A stretch of DNA of 57,461 bases, filler included, from Nemertoderma westbladi (lineage: Eukaryota > Animalia > Xenacoelomorpha), in the NCBI GenBank assembly GCA_032718475.1. It is 3 parts of 3 records of this genome, joined end to end, with 100 filler letters (N's around TTAATTAATTAA, not from the genome) between each part and the next. Parts side by side here need not be neighbours in the genome. Positions count along the whole stretch, not along the records: positions 1 to 19,932 come from JAUCBJ010000357.1; 2 more parts are not named here. The stretch is one strand, 5' to 3'. The position numbers were made by a program, and so were the translations under genes. Shown here piece after piece: positions 1 through 13,329 of the stretch. Numbering within the stretch: position 1 is the first letter of the stretch; each line of letters begins with the position of its first letter. The notes below the pieces were generated by a model. It did no database searches and had not been told where the DNA came from. It saw only the letters and a program-made list of their open reading frames with translations.

Positions 1-110
1 CATAACACCAACTGCCTCTTTATAGAGGTGCTGTAGGTAGTTGTTGTAGGAAAGAGGGACCATCAAAAAGAATGTACTGTAGTTATTCATTTTATGTTGA
101 TTTTATCTCT

Positions 111-178
111 GGTAGCTCACTCGGTGAATCCCCAGACTTAAGATGTGAAAGAACCATGTTCAATCCCGGGTCAGGTAT
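111..178 (+). mobile_element. Degenerate tRNA-derived SINE head
   Basis: A-box-like TAGCTCACTCGGT and B-box-like GTTCAATCCC at tRNA-like spacing, but no convincing cloverleaf. Confidence 0.4.
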
Positions 179-629
179 TTGTCTGCCCTTTTGTTGTCAA
201 AGTTTAGCCAGTTCCGTTTACACTTTTCTAGACATTTTTTTGTTATTAATTTATTGAAAGATTGTGCAGAATTTTCCGAATTAAAATATGTGCTTTATAT
301 CCTGCGTTGAACTGATTCACTTGAAAACGGATCTAAAGATTGGCTCAAAATAGTAATGTTGATGCGGTGGGGTGTTGCGGATTGGTCAACTATTTATTAA
401 TCTTTTAACGTTTACCTATCTCTTCCTATGAAATTTTTGCAATGGGGGATGTGTGAGACGGTTTTGTATTTCTAAAGGGTGAATTAATTTTTGACCATTC
501 ATGTGGATGGTTGCCTTTGTGGTCCCATGGCTGGCTGGGCTCCAGTGAAACAAAACCATATGAACCTTTTATCGAATTTAACTGGCTGATGATTGGTGCT
601 GGTGGTAATCTAATATGAAGTTTATTTTC

Positions 630-760
630 CACCAGTTCCAAATGTAGTATTCTGCAAAACTAGTTCTCAAATATTCTATTCTGCAAAACCAGTTCTCAAA
701 TATTCTATTCTGCAAAACCAGTTCTCAAATATTCTATTCTGCAAAACCAGTTCTCTAATA
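630..760. repeat. 29-bp tandem repeat, about 4 copies
   Basis: Unit ACCAGTTCTCAAATATTCTATTCTGCAAA repeated directly. Confidence 0.9.
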
Positions 761-2504
761 TTATATTTATTATATGCCCAATGCCGCGAAATATATATAT
801 ACAAGTTTCACTTACTTAACTGTCAAACTTATATTCAGTTAACTTCAACGCTAGTAGTACACATTAACTTCAACGCTAGTAGTACACATTAAACACACAT
901 CAACATATAGGTACCTACCACTACACCAGTGTATTACCAAACCTTCCACGTTTCATCATATATTACTCTCACATCAGGGTCTTACTGTATTAGATAAACA
1001 AAATAAAGGATGCTAATTAATCATACATAATACATTATATACAGTACTAGGTTGCTAGGCATGTGTACCACAGGATGCTGATGTAGGGACTGCAGCCTGA
1101 TTCCTAATCGCCTAATTCAGCCTTTCATAATACCATACTACATAAGCCTACAACTTACGATCTTCCAATCTCTTACCAGCTTACCATGCCTAACTCGAGT
1201 TGCTAGTTTACTTTACTTCATTCCTATTCCTATATTTCCATATCGCAACTCAACCACATTTATAAATGGGAAATGGTCCCACCTATGGGAACAACCACGC
1301 ACATAAGCGATGACTCAGAAACAAATAGAAACGACAGTGCCAGTACCTATAAACGCTCCTACAGCACAACTTTCCACTCCTTGTCAGTGGCCCCACCAGA
1401 CCCAAAGCGTCAACCATGTTCGGAACAGTCCCCGCTTAACTGGAGTGCAGTTGCAGATGCTGAGCCAACTTTTGGCCCAATAACAGTAAAGATAACAATA
1501 AAGATGATATGCGACTTTTGTTACAGTTATTCGCCAACGATATTACAAGGTTGATTGATATCTGCCAAATTTGACTCATTGCCCTCATCCTTAATAAGTC
1601 GTCTCGAAAAGCTCACTTCGCCCTGTGTTGGAGATGTTCTTCCCAAAGGGTCCATCTCACTGCCCTCGCTTTAAAATCCGAATCTGATTCACAATATTTG
1701 TGTCGTGAAACCCTTCTATCAGGTCTTTGTGCCGAAGTAGCTGCTTCTTCTCCCTCCTCATCCGACGAAACTATTGGTTTGTTTGTTGCTGAAACTGCTC
1801 AACATTGTGGTGTTGCGTCATTTGATCGGATTCATGATACTTCTAGAGACTTCTAGTTATTATTATAAACATTATAGTTTCATAACTGACCTGTACAGAG
1901 CTACAGAAATGGCCAAACCTTATAAAGAAACAGTTGACACAGTTAAAGTTATGGAAGGATTCGATCTATTGACAATTCGATCTGTCCTGAAGGGTGATAA
2001 AACAACTAACACAGATATCCTTGACTCCGATATGAAAGATAAAGAGGTACTGAGTAAGGAATCTGAATGACGTCACAATGTATGAACGTTTATCTCGTAA
2101 ACCCATACCAAAGTTTAAAGAACTACTAAAGAAATATTCGAAAATTTGGAGATCAGAAAAACCAATTTATGAAGTTATTTGGTACCACACTCTGCGCATG
2201 GTTATGTTTTTCTACTACTGAAAGAAAGACAAACTTCCGAGTGGGTGGAGTGGGGAAATGGAAAAAAGATAGTAAAAGAACATCTGATAATTTCAGCGAC
2301 AGGTATGATACCTAAAAGGTTAGGTAAATTGTTAAATTATATTCTAGAACCATTATTAGAGCATATGTATGGCTCATTTTGTGAGTGACTCATTTAAATC
2401 TAATGAAATGTTACACCCAAGTATAGTTTCGATGAAGTAACTTTTATATGGATGGACTTCACAGAAATGTAACTGTCGATCCAACTAGATACAAAGCCGT
2501 ATCC

Positions 2505-4518
2505 AAGGCGTACTATATACAAGGCCATGCCATCGAGTTAACTGGGGGTGGTGACTGGGGGCAAGATTTTTTTTACAACAATTTGATATTTTGATATGAG
2601 GAGAGTTCTATAAATTTTCATTTGCTGCAATTTGGTCAATGGGTGTAATTGAAGTCTCCTCGTTAAGTAAGATACTAAATTTTATGGTAGCTAGTGTTTT
2701 AGGTAGGTTTATATTGTGAAAAAAAAAATTTGAAAAATATTTTTATTGATTTTAAACACGTTTTAGAACGATTCTATGCGTCTTAAATAGAATCCAGATT
2801 TTTTTCTAAAAAATGTTCTAGAATATAAAATATTTGTTCTAGAACATAATTTTTTTTAAAAATGAATAGCTAACATCTTCTGGAACATTTTCTATACAAA
2901 TAGTAACAAGAACTAGCTACTACAAAATATTTATAGAGGGGAGTAGGATGTGGAACCAGTGTCGAAATTACTAGCTAAACCTACCTAAAACACTAGCTAC
3001 CATAAAATTTTGTATCTTACTTAACGAGGGTGCTTCAATTACTGTACATCCATTGACCAAATAATAATAATAATAATACACAATTTCTTATTATGCGCCT
3101 TTTTCGCAAGGTTCAAAGGCGCAGTAGTAAAAGCAGTTAGAAAGTCAGTTGAAGGCCCTATTATATAAACATGTTTTGAGTTGAGATTTGAATGAGTCTA
3201 AATTTGTGCAAGTTCTTAAGCTAAAAATGTTGAAAATAACTGGGGCAGCATGTTTAAATACACGGGAACCGACCGTCTTTAAGTTGTATCTTGGGACCGA
3301 TAAAGTCCACAGTTGTTGGGTTCTAGTTGGGTTGTAGTTTGGAGTCAACAGTTCTAAAATGTAAGACGGGGCGAGACCATTAAGCGCCTTCCACGTCATG
3401 AGTGCAATCTTGTACTCGATACGGAAGGTGACCGGCAACCAGTGAAGAGTTTGTAATGTAGGAGTGATGTGAGACCGAACAGGTTGACCTGAAATAAGGC
3501 GGGCGCAGCTATTAAGTGCAAGTTGTAGTCTGTTGAGGGACACAGTTGGTAGATTATACCCTGTTGTTTTGATCGATACGTGATATTATTAGAGCATTGA
3601 CAAGCTTCTTCAGATTATCAGAAGACAAGTGTTCTTTTATTCGACGTATGTTCCTGAGGTGAAAGTTAATAGATGCTGTGAGAGTTTTAATGTGATCATG
3701 CATATTTAGCTGACTATCGAAGCGAACTCCAAGGGTTGTTACGGTGGATAGGGATTGAATTATCTTGCCGCCTAGAGAGACTGAGAATTCTGATGCAAAG
3801 CTCAAGAAATCATTGCCGCATCCAAGTAGTAGGATGTCTGTCTTGTCATCATTCAAGAACAGGTGAAGTTCATCGAGTTGCACTTTGATGGCTTGGATGC
3901 AATTTGTTATCGAAGCTTTTAGTGCCAATGAGTCAAGGCAGTCGAAAATTATGAAGATCTGGTTGTTGTCAGCGTAGATGTGGTAGCCGACTTCAAGATG
4001 ATCGCATGCTGTAGCAATGGGCAGACAGTAGATAAGGTACAGGATTGCTCCAAGGACTGAGCCCTGGGGAACTCCACTCAAAAGGTTTACAACACGAGAA
4101 AGTTTCCCATTTATTGAAACTACGAATGATCTATCTGATAGGTATGACTTAAACCACTGATAGACAGTCCCGTCAATGCCGATATTACGAAGTGTGTCTA
4201 GTAATATGTTGTAATCGACAAGGTCGAAAGCAGCCGATTGGTCTAAGAGAATGAGAGCTGCGAATTTACCACTATCAATAGTTTCGAGTAAGTCACTTTG
4301 TAATCTGCACAATAGTGTTTCAACAGAGTGATATTTACGATAACCCGAGACAAACTTTGGAATAATATTATTCTTATCTTATCTTATTAAATTGCAGCAA
4401 ATGAAAATTTATAGAACTCTCCCCATATCAAAATATCAAATTGTTGTAAAAAAAATCTTGCCCCCAGTCACCGCCCCCAGTTCACTCAATGGCATGGCCT
4501 TGTATATAGTACGCCTTG
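2505..4518. mobile_element. Foldback MITE with long TIRs (CAAGGCGTACTATATAC...GTATATAGTACGCCTTG), right arm split by a LINE
   Basis: 2505-2632 is the reverse complement of 4389-4518, and 2632-2710 is the reverse complement of 2977-3060. Flanked by a possible 2-bp TSD (TC). Confidence 0.85.
3061..4388 (-). mobile_element. 5'-truncated L2/CR1-group LINE (RT and C-terminus)
   Basis: RT motifs LLDQSAAFDLVD, GVPQGSVLG and YADN (decayed YADD), then HITPTLQTLHWLPV. (TAT)n 3' tail at 3061-3078. Confidence 0.92.
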
Positions 4519-4859
4519 TCCGACCACAGTTGTTGGTAGAAAATGGCGATATACTTTATGAGTCTGTGTATAGTATCACACAAATATTAGGAATGGTAGT
4601 GTTTGTAATGCGACATACTTATTTTAATTTCAAAGAGCATTTCTATCTATTACGGAAAGGAGGGATGGGTGTTCAAAGAGGAAAAAACCCTCACATTATT
4701 GACTGTAAATAGGATCCATAGAAAGGTCGACCTAATTAACCTACATTTAGCACTTTATTACAAGACATTCATCAATGATGTACTCACCATCTTTGGGAAG
4801 AAGCTGGAGATCACAGGGATTGACACTATACATGTTCCAAAATATACTGTATAAGTATT

Positions 4860-5930
4860 TTTTAGACCTGTATGTAAAATCAAAAACGAATACCAGTACT
4901 GGTAGTTCATCAAAAACGAATACCAGTACTGCTAGTTCATCAAAAACGAATACCAGTACTGGTAGTTCAACCGGTACCAATGGCCAGCCAAATGTAACCC
5001 TACCTATTTTTAATGGTGAATACCTATCATGGTGCACTTTTAGGGATCAGTTTTTAGCCTTAATTCATAATCGTGAAGTTTTATCTGATGTCCAAAAGTT
5101 CTTATACCTTCATAGTAGCCTGGAAAAAGACGTTCTAGATTCACATTCAGGCTTATCTGTATCTTCTGTAAATTACCAGGCAGCTATTTCCTGTCTTCAG
5201 CACCATTATGGAAATCCGAACCTGTTAATAGGTCTTTAAGCTAGTAGGCTTTGTTCATTACCTACTGCCAGAGATAACGATTTATCAGGCTTACGTAAAG
5301 TAATTGACACCTTTGAGTCATCACTCAGAGAAATTTGTCAATTTATCAATTGAAACTAAGGTTAGAACCAGTACCAGTAATAGTCTTAGTCCTGATTCTG
5401 GTGACATTCCTGCTACTATTGCAATCGGTACCGGTACCCCAGCACTTATGGTACTTCTGGTGACTTAACTTCCCTACTGCTAGCCCCCCTTTTACTACAG
5501 AAATTGCCCTCTGAGGTTGTGTTGGTTTGGAATCGGTCTCAACCAAATGAAAGGTTTAATTTAGATGCCTTGCTTGAATTTATTAGAGTAGAATTGGAAT
5601 TTCGAGAGTCTATGGCCTTTAATACAAAAAACTGTGGGTCTTTGGCTTCTACTCCCAAACATTCATTGAGTTATCCTAAACCAAAACTCTCTTCAACACC
5701 ACCTGCCTTGCCACTATCTGATGCATTTCATAATAGGCAGTCCCATCTCCCTGTCCAGGGTGTAATTCCACTGATAAATTCCACAAACTAAGAACCTGCT
5801 CTACCTTACTGGCAAAGGAACCTACTGACAGCTATCGGCTTATTAAAAGTTCTGGTTTGTGTTCTAATTGTCTGATTCTTAACAATTTCAAGCAATGTCC
5901 AACCCAGTCAAAGAAATAAATTAAATGCTT
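4860..5930 (+). mobile_element. BEL/Pao LTR retrotransposon gag fragment (DUF1759-like)
   Basis: LPIFNGEYLSWCTFRDQFLALIHN...LSDVQKFLYLHSSL...NYQAAISCLQHHYGNP is typical BEL/Pao gag. Stops and frameshifts downstream. Includes a 30-bp x3 repeat at 4878-4968. Confidence 0.85.
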
Positions 5931-5959
5931 TAAGAATACTAATTCGGCTACGGATAGTA

Positions 5960-8400
5960 ATTCCCATGTGTCTACAGTACATGGGACAACCCCTCAAGCC
6001 CATCAACGTCACATGGTGTCAGGAAGCATGTCTTCTCATATATGTCCAATACCTGAATAGGGGTTGTAACCTACCTGAGAAGGATAGACGAGGATGGAGG
6101 AATAGACATAAGCTTCATGTTCTCAAAGGCAAAATGGTATCGGGAGAGTTCGTGGCGATGGTGCCAAGACTCGGACTTCAGGTAGCTGTATGGGCCATCC
6201 GCCAAAACCGGATGATCCTTAGGATACTGTGAATCACGATACAGTCGGAACACTTCTGGTACAATCCCACAGACATCGCCAGCCATTGAGCTCTGGAAAA
6301 ACTCCGATCATCTGGTAGTGTAATAAAGCAAACAGCAGACATTGTCCATAATGAAGAACTCGCTCTGGCAACAAATACAACCAGTCAAGCCCTTGGTTAT
6401 GGTGTTGTAATTCCAGGTTGATCACTTGGTCCAGCAACAACCAAGCTAATTGGTGTGGAAAACCTGTTTAAGCTAACCTTGGTTCATGGAATAAAACAAG
6501 AGGACCATGTGCAGTTTCTCCATGACATTGACGAGGGCGGTGGACTAACATCCAGCATTTATTGTGATAGGGGAATTCCTGGTTTACAAAGTGTGATAGA
6601 ACTTGTTGAAGTTTTAATGGACATTACATCCATTGCTATTCCTTGGGAACATGCCAGTCTCATTCGACAGCATTTTGATGCGCTGTCAGATTATGATAGA
6701 CAACCAATGTGGTTTGGGGTCAAAAGAGAAGGTCAAGTGGCAGTAGATTCTACTAATCGGACACCAAGTGGAAGGTTTGCAGCAGCAGGGGTGATCAAAA
6801 AATGTAATCTTGGTTTGGGTGTTCCTGCATCAGATGTTACGTACAGTAGAGTGAAGAGGAATTATGTCGATGCCTCTGCACCTTAATCCGTGGCCACAGC
6901 CACCCCTGTGTTGAAGGAAGATCAAATAATAGAGGATATATTTCTAGGAGATCATTAATTCTTAAACAGTATTCTGCTATTGCTGATTCCTTAGTTTGGA
7001 GTCCCACTTTGGAAGGTTATCCGGACTCTCCTTCCATTGAATGGAAGAACACTCCCCAACTGGATGAATGCCAATGAGAAAACTATAGAGAGACTGCAGC
7101 TCCAGAAAGGCCATGACCTGCTGCCAGTATGCCTGGAAACAACCTCAACCACACCAGCCCTTAGGGATGTGTCATATAGTAGCCCAAATGTTTCACTTAG
7201 ATTTGAAGACATTCCCGATAGATCTGGGGAGGCCAGATGAAGAAGTCAAGGGCTAAGTTTCCAAAGTCACTTAGGGAATTTCCAAAGACAAGTTAAATTT
7301 TACACTCGGCATGGCATGATATTCTGCGACCTGAGGGGTTGGTCGCCGTAGCTAAGGAGGAGCAGTACCAGTGGAATAATACTTCATATGATATACTACC
7401 TCAAACCTACACAAATCTACATACAACCTCTGTATCTAATCCGTTGAAACTGCAAAAGCACCACATCAATGTCGCAAACATTATCAACCAGTCTAAATAT
7501 TATACCTCTTTCCTCGATAACTATTCCCACTTCTAGAGATCAAATTTACTCTCTAACTCATGGTGCATCAGTCCAAGCCCATACACCTACCAAGCCGAAA
7601 CCACCATCTTCTAAACAGCCATCCACATATACCACAAGCAAACCACCTTCAGGGCTACGAAAGAAACACCAAGATGTTGTCTCCTTTTGTCCAGAATGTC
7701 AACATCCAATCAACACCAGAGGACATGAATTATACTGTGGAAGAACATTCTGCCCTGTAGTGGACAAAAAATTTGGTGTATGGAAAGATGTCCAAGATCA
7801 TGGCAATATTCGAAGGAAAGGTTGGGAATTAATTATCTTGCAAAGTTAGTTCCCACCCAGCCTTTCAAGGCATCCCAGGGTCACACACGAATTAAAGGTT
7901 ATGGGCAATGGTATTGTCCAAATAATCACGAGAAAGAATTGTACCCACAGTGGTACCAATGGATGACGGGCAACCCACCACTTATTCAGAAACCACCATC
8001 CGATGGGAAATGGAAGTGCAAGAATTGTGGTGTTGTACAAAACAAAACCTCGCAAGGACATAATCAGTTCTGTGGGTGCTGGTACTGTCCACATAATGCT
8101 GAAATCAGTTTATAAGTAAAAATGCCCAGTTTCTCTGGGCATTTTTCTTCGACTAAAACTTGGTTCAGCCCCACTGTGCCACTTATTCAGAAACCACCAT
8201 CCAATGGGAAATGGAGGTGCAAGAATTGTGGTATTGTACAAAACAAAACCTCACAAGGACATAATCAGGTTCGTGGGTGCTGGTACTGTCCACATAATGC
8301 TGAAAATATGACCTTCGAGGAGTGGGTAGAACAAATAAAAAAAGAATATGGAGCTGCAAATAAAGTGTATATTTATTTTGTATTTCATCACCAACCTAGT
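5960..8400 (+). mobile_element. Decayed DUF6729/Dada-like transposase, C-terminal part with tandem CCHC fingers
   Basis: RGIPGLQSVIELVEVL...FDALSDYDRQP...SGRF...KKCNLG and repeated CxxC...GH...W/FYCP...EEW motifs match my recollection of the C-terminus of this family. Fragmented by stops. Confidence 0.6.
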
Positions 8401-8779
8401 CCCCACCCAATTACTACAACCCTCAGTGGCATGTTTTACTACATACATGTGCAGTAGTTCAAAACTTAGTGGACTGACCCTCTGGCACCCCAACCTACCA
8501 TTTTAAACTAATTTTCTAATAAATATAGTAAAGTGCAATCCTTTTAACTTTAACTTTATTCCCGATGAAATGTGTAAATTATTTAAATTATTAATTATAA
8601 GGAGCATACCCAACACCACCAATATACAAAATAAGAGCTTGTAGTTTAAGATATAGTAGTAATATTAAAGACGGCATCAAGACGCCATGAAGGAACCGAA
8701 GTTATACCAAACCAAAACAAATATTTTTACAGGCCATAGACACCGATTATTTTACAGGATATCAACTCTAAACCAATTT

Positions 8780-9075
8780 CGAATCTGAGTGCCTGTTTAC
8801 AAATTTAGGCTTCCAGTTACGAATTTGAGTACCTGGTTACGAATGTGTTTTTCTGCGTTACAAATCAATGTGTTTGGTTACAAATATGAGCACCTTGTCA
8901 AGCATTGATGTCCCTGATTACAATTTGTTACCAATAGTTTCAAATCTGAGCACGAGCACCCAGTTTCAAATCTGAGTTCCAGGTTATAATTTCAATGACC
9001 CAGTTACAAAACTATGTAGCCAGTAACAAATCCAAGAACCCAGTATAAAATCTGTAACAAATTTGAGCATCAGAC
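8780..9075. repeat. Degenerate ~20-bp tandem repeat (GTTACAAATCTGAGCACCCA-like)
   Basis: Recurrent GTTACAAAT/GTTACGAAT cores at ~20-bp spacing. Confidence 0.65.
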
Positions 9076-9404
9076 TGTCAGTTAACTTTTATCTGCCAGC
9101 ACTACTTATACTAATACTGTAATTTGCACATGTTCTACACATGTTACACAAGTTCTGCACATTTCTACACAAGGCTTAGTATAAATCAATGAGGTGGCCA
9201 AGAATATTGTACTTAGTACACCCCTACTGTTTGTTTAGGTCCTACCACTCTCTGGCAAAGCAAACATTAACTGGTTGGTTTAGTTTGTAATCTAATACTG
9301 TCTCAGCTGAATACTGTAACTCTTCCCAATACATTCTATGAGAATATCTACAAGTTACTCACTCTGCTAATGTAAGCTGAATGACTGTTAGGTACACAGT
9401 GTGT

Positions 9405-10720
9405 TGGCTACATTAATTATTGTGCATATTGGTCGCTAACTGTTAACCTCGATAAATCAAACGTAGTAATTTTCAGGAAAGGAGGCCAAGTTTTAATGCA
9501 TGAAAAATGGACATTAATTGGCTACATTAATTATTGTGCATATTGGTCGCTAACTGTTAACCTCGATAAATCAAACGTAGTAATTTTCAGGAAAGGAGGC
9601 CAAGTTTCAATGCATGAAAAATGGATGTTTAACGGCCACGAGGTCAAGGTTGTTACCGACTATACATATTTAGGAATTATATTTACTAGTGGTGGTAGCT
9701 TTGCAACTGCACAGAAATGTCTGGCAGACAAAGGCGAGAAAGCGCAATTTGCGCTGCTAAAATATTTAGTCAATTTTCCTACAACCGACATTAAGTTGGC
9801 CTGTGAACTGTTTAATTCATTAGTGAAACCTATTTTATTGTACGGTAGTGAAGTGTGGGGTTTTCAATCGTCGGTTGAAACAGAACGCGTGCAATTAAAA
9901 TTTTTGAAGCGGCAACTTGGAGTTAAACTGACGACTCCCAATTTTATGGTCTATGGGGAATCCGGAGTATTTCCGCTTATATTGGATAGGCATTTGAGAA
10001 TTATAAAGTTTTGGCTGAAACTTGTAAAGTGTAATGATAATAGGCTTATTAAGCATGCGTATGAGTTGCAACTAAATGATATCAATACGCGTAGTATTTG
10101 CAAGAATTGGGCGTCTTCTGTGCGTGACTTAATAAATAATCTGGGGTTTAGCGGGGCCTGGGATAATCAAGGGGTGGAGAATGATATGGTGTTTCTTTCT
10201 AATGTGAAAGATAGATTACAGGCGCAGTTTATACAGGCGTGGTGGGGATCGATTGACCAGTCACCCAAGGGGTTACATTATGTGAAAGTTAAATTTGGCT
10301 TGGAAAACTACCTATCGATGCTACGTGGTCACACTGGTTTAATGAGACTCTTAGCTAGGTTTAGATGCTCATCACATGCACTGCTGATTGAATGGGGTAG
10401 GTGGTACAGGATACCCAGGGAATCAAGAATTTGTCCATTGTGCAATATCAACGCCATTGAAGATGAATTTCATTTCCTACTGGTGTGTGAGAGTTTTACT
10501 GAAATTCGCGAGAAATATTTCAGTGTGCGTTATTTAAACACCCCAACTGAGGGTAAATTCCGTGAGTTACTTGGGGGGAACAGCAACAAAGCTAAGTTGG
10601 TAAACCTGGGTCGGTATTTATTTGAGGCTTTTCGTCAAAGAGAGCGTGTTCTGGAGTGCAGATCAGTTTAAGTTAATATTTTTCACATGTGCGTGCAATA
10701 TTATAATAATTATTAATTTG
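9405..10720 (+). mobile_element. 5'-truncated RTE-X-like LINE, 3' part of ORF2 still open (9496-10671)
   Basis: YTYLGI, LVKPILLYGSEVWG and LARFRCSSHALLIEWGRW...RICPLC...EDEFHFLLVC (C-terminal CCHC finger). 114-bp duplication at its 5' end. Confidence 0.88.
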
Positions 10721-11089
10721 TGAATTTATGAATATGTACTACTACTGTAGGCCTGCATCAATTATTCTGTATCGTGCTGGCACTAATAATCTTCATTGGT
10801 TTATGTGTTGAAATATAATAATAATACTATTAATTAATGCCAACATTAATACTGTGGAGACTATGTTTATAAAAGTGTATGTTTAATCAGCCACATAATA
10901 TGATTCTCCATAGGCTAACATTATAGTTTTAAATGTAAAAACAATGCTAATTATCTGTATCAGGTTACACAATGTGGCATTCACAATGTTTTATAGATGA
11001 ATGGCATTTAGCGGCTTCCCTTCAGACCATAGGAAACATTTTTGAGGAAAATTACTTTAGTTACTCTACTGTGCCATTCAGGTGAATGG

Positions 11090-11720
11090 ATTTGAGTAAT
11101 TGCCAAGTTACAGAGTGGAATCTCTCTCTCTGACCATAGGTAAATAACACTTTCCCTCAGACCATAGGCAATCATTGTTGATGGAATTTACATTTGATTG
11201 ATGACTTCCGACTTGCTTCTAGTAAAAAGTCAGTTCCTTATCGGGCCACTAGGCCCATCACTAGTTACTGTAAGAATTGCTCGTGGCAGGCTGGCTGGCT
11301 GGCTGACTGACTGGCTGGCTGACTGACTGACTGATCTACAGCCAAAACTACCCTAACGATTTTGATGAAATTTTCACAGCAGCTGGCTGACCTGATTCTA
11401 AGGTCCCTGACATGATCGGTTACTCCGTCCATAGCCTCTGGTGTAAAAATAGATATAAACGAAAAAACGCCATTGGCGCAATTGTAAAATAACACCAATA
11501 ACAGCTGGTGTCCTGATGAAAAATTAGCAATTACCAAGTTACAGAGTGGAATCTCTCTCTCTGATCATAGGTAAATAACACTTTCCTTCAGACCATAGTC
11601 AAACATTGTTTATGGAATTTACATTTGATTGATGACTTCCGACTTGCTTAATGGCATATTGATGCCGTCTCTAGTAAAAAGTAGGTTCCTTATTGGGCCA
11701 TTAGGCCTGTCTCTAGTTAA
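11090..11720. repeat. ~180-bp direct repeat (about 11097-11265 and 11529-11718) around a DINE/Helentron-like fragment
   Basis: CCAAGTTACAGAGTGGAATCTCTCTCTCTGA...CTAGTTA occurs twice. The insert has a (GCTG/GACT)n microsatellite followed by CGATTTTGATGAAATTTTCAC. Confidence 0.7.
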
Positions 11721-12859
11721 TTACTACTAGTACATCAAATTCTTAATGAAAGTAACCTTTGGTTCTAACAAAAAATAAAGTAGTAAGTATGCCAGTAGTG
11801 AGGCAGCTAAATTATTATCTAGCTCCCCACTATAGCAGAGCTAGTAGAGGATTGGCTAAAATAACGGAAGTTTGGGAATAATAAATTTGATATGGCACGA
11901 TAGAGAAAATACCTATTGACAAACCAAACAGTCAACCTATAGCCACAAAGAAACGACATGAAGATAGAGTTTTTTTCTTAAATGGGACAACATGAATATA
12001 GACAAATAAATAGGGCAACCAGACAGATGTGGAATGAGAAAAAAATAATAAAGGGACAATTTTTTAAAGTTACAAAATGGGTAGGACACAAATTTAGCAA
12101 TGTTTGAATGAAGATCAAGCTTGCTAAAAAAAATGTCCAAATATTCCGGATCAACATCGTCCTCCATATCAGTTTCTGTAAAAATTTCCAAATCTCGCTG
12201 TCAATTCCTGAAAAAGGGATAATAACAGCATTGCAAAAAATGCACCAAATATTTTTGGAACATTCGACATCAGAAGCGGGTATAAAAGATCCGCATTGCA
12301 AATGAAAACTGTTGTTAGAAATTTAGCAGCAAAATGAATAATCCCGGGTCCCAAAGGCAGAAAACAAAAGCTGAAACTCTGGCGAGATATGGTGACTGGT
12401 GGAATGACTGAAAGAAATTACTACACACGAGTAAAAGGATACGATAACTGGCTAAATCTGCCATAAAAAAAAAGATCAAACAATTCAAACAGAACAAATT
12501 ATAAACTAGAATTTGAAGGTGGAACCATACAATCATATAAAGACTGAAGATGGAAATACATGTCAATCCTGATGTCAATAAATATGGATAAAAATTATTT
12601 AGTATGAAAGCAATGTAAATTACATACTTGAAAACTGACATCAGTAAAAATACTGGAATAATATTCTCCGAGCTACCCTTAAACTATATATTGATAAACA
12701 CTTAGTCTTGCAAGAAAGAATAAAAAAAAAGTTAAAGTTAAAGTTATTTTCCAAGATTCAAACTAGGATTATCCCGTTCAGAGTGTTAAAGGAGTCGATT
12801 TTTTTCTTAGTTTTGAGATCACTGACAGTGCGTTTCAGTCCGGCAAAGGGGTGAGGTGT

Positions 12860-13320
12860 TCCGATAAACCCAGTGGACTAGCCAAGGAACTTTGTTACAA
12901 AGAGTGGTAATGTGGGCAGAATGTCCATAAAACCATACAAGTAGGGGTCCGGGTTTAGTCGGGGATCCATGTTGAGGTTTCCCACTGGGTAGACAAAAAA
13001 TAAGTCAACTTCGCTTAATGTAATTTTTAGTGGAGTTAGAACAGAATTTAAGAGGGCTTCACGCTCGATCTCAGGGGAAGCCATAGCTGGCTGTAAACTG
13101 GTTAGGTTGTAAATTACTGTTCAATAACGTCTTTGGAGGTCCGTAGTCCCGCATTCTCAAAGCGAAGAGAACGGTTCTCTGCACGAAGGATCAATGTGAG
13201 AGGTTAATTTAGAGATGGATTCATTTTGTCTTTGAAGGGTCTAATGATAAACGTAGTAAATGTAGTAATTGGATTTCCTGTGTTTAATAGTTCTGTATTT
13301 CTTGGGGCCTTGATGCAGCA
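12860..13320 (-). mobile_element. Possible decayed LINE ORF1 fragment (coiled coil plus RRM-like)
   Basis: ENAGLRTSKDVIEQ coiled-coil-like segment followed by a KPGPLLVWFYG motif resembling RPILVRF. Weak similarity. Confidence 0.3.
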
Positions 13321-13329
13321 AAACGAACT

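Larger units (their letters stand above)
1550..4860 (+). mobile_element. Decayed Penelope-like retroelement RT, interrupted by a MITE
   Basis: Fragments IISATGMIPKRLGKLLNYILEPL (2179-2388 ORF), VFVMRHTYFNFKEHFYLLRKGGMG (after 4518) and YYKTFINDVLTI (decayed YxDD region) follow PLE RT motif order. Many stops and frameshifts. Confidence 0.65.
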
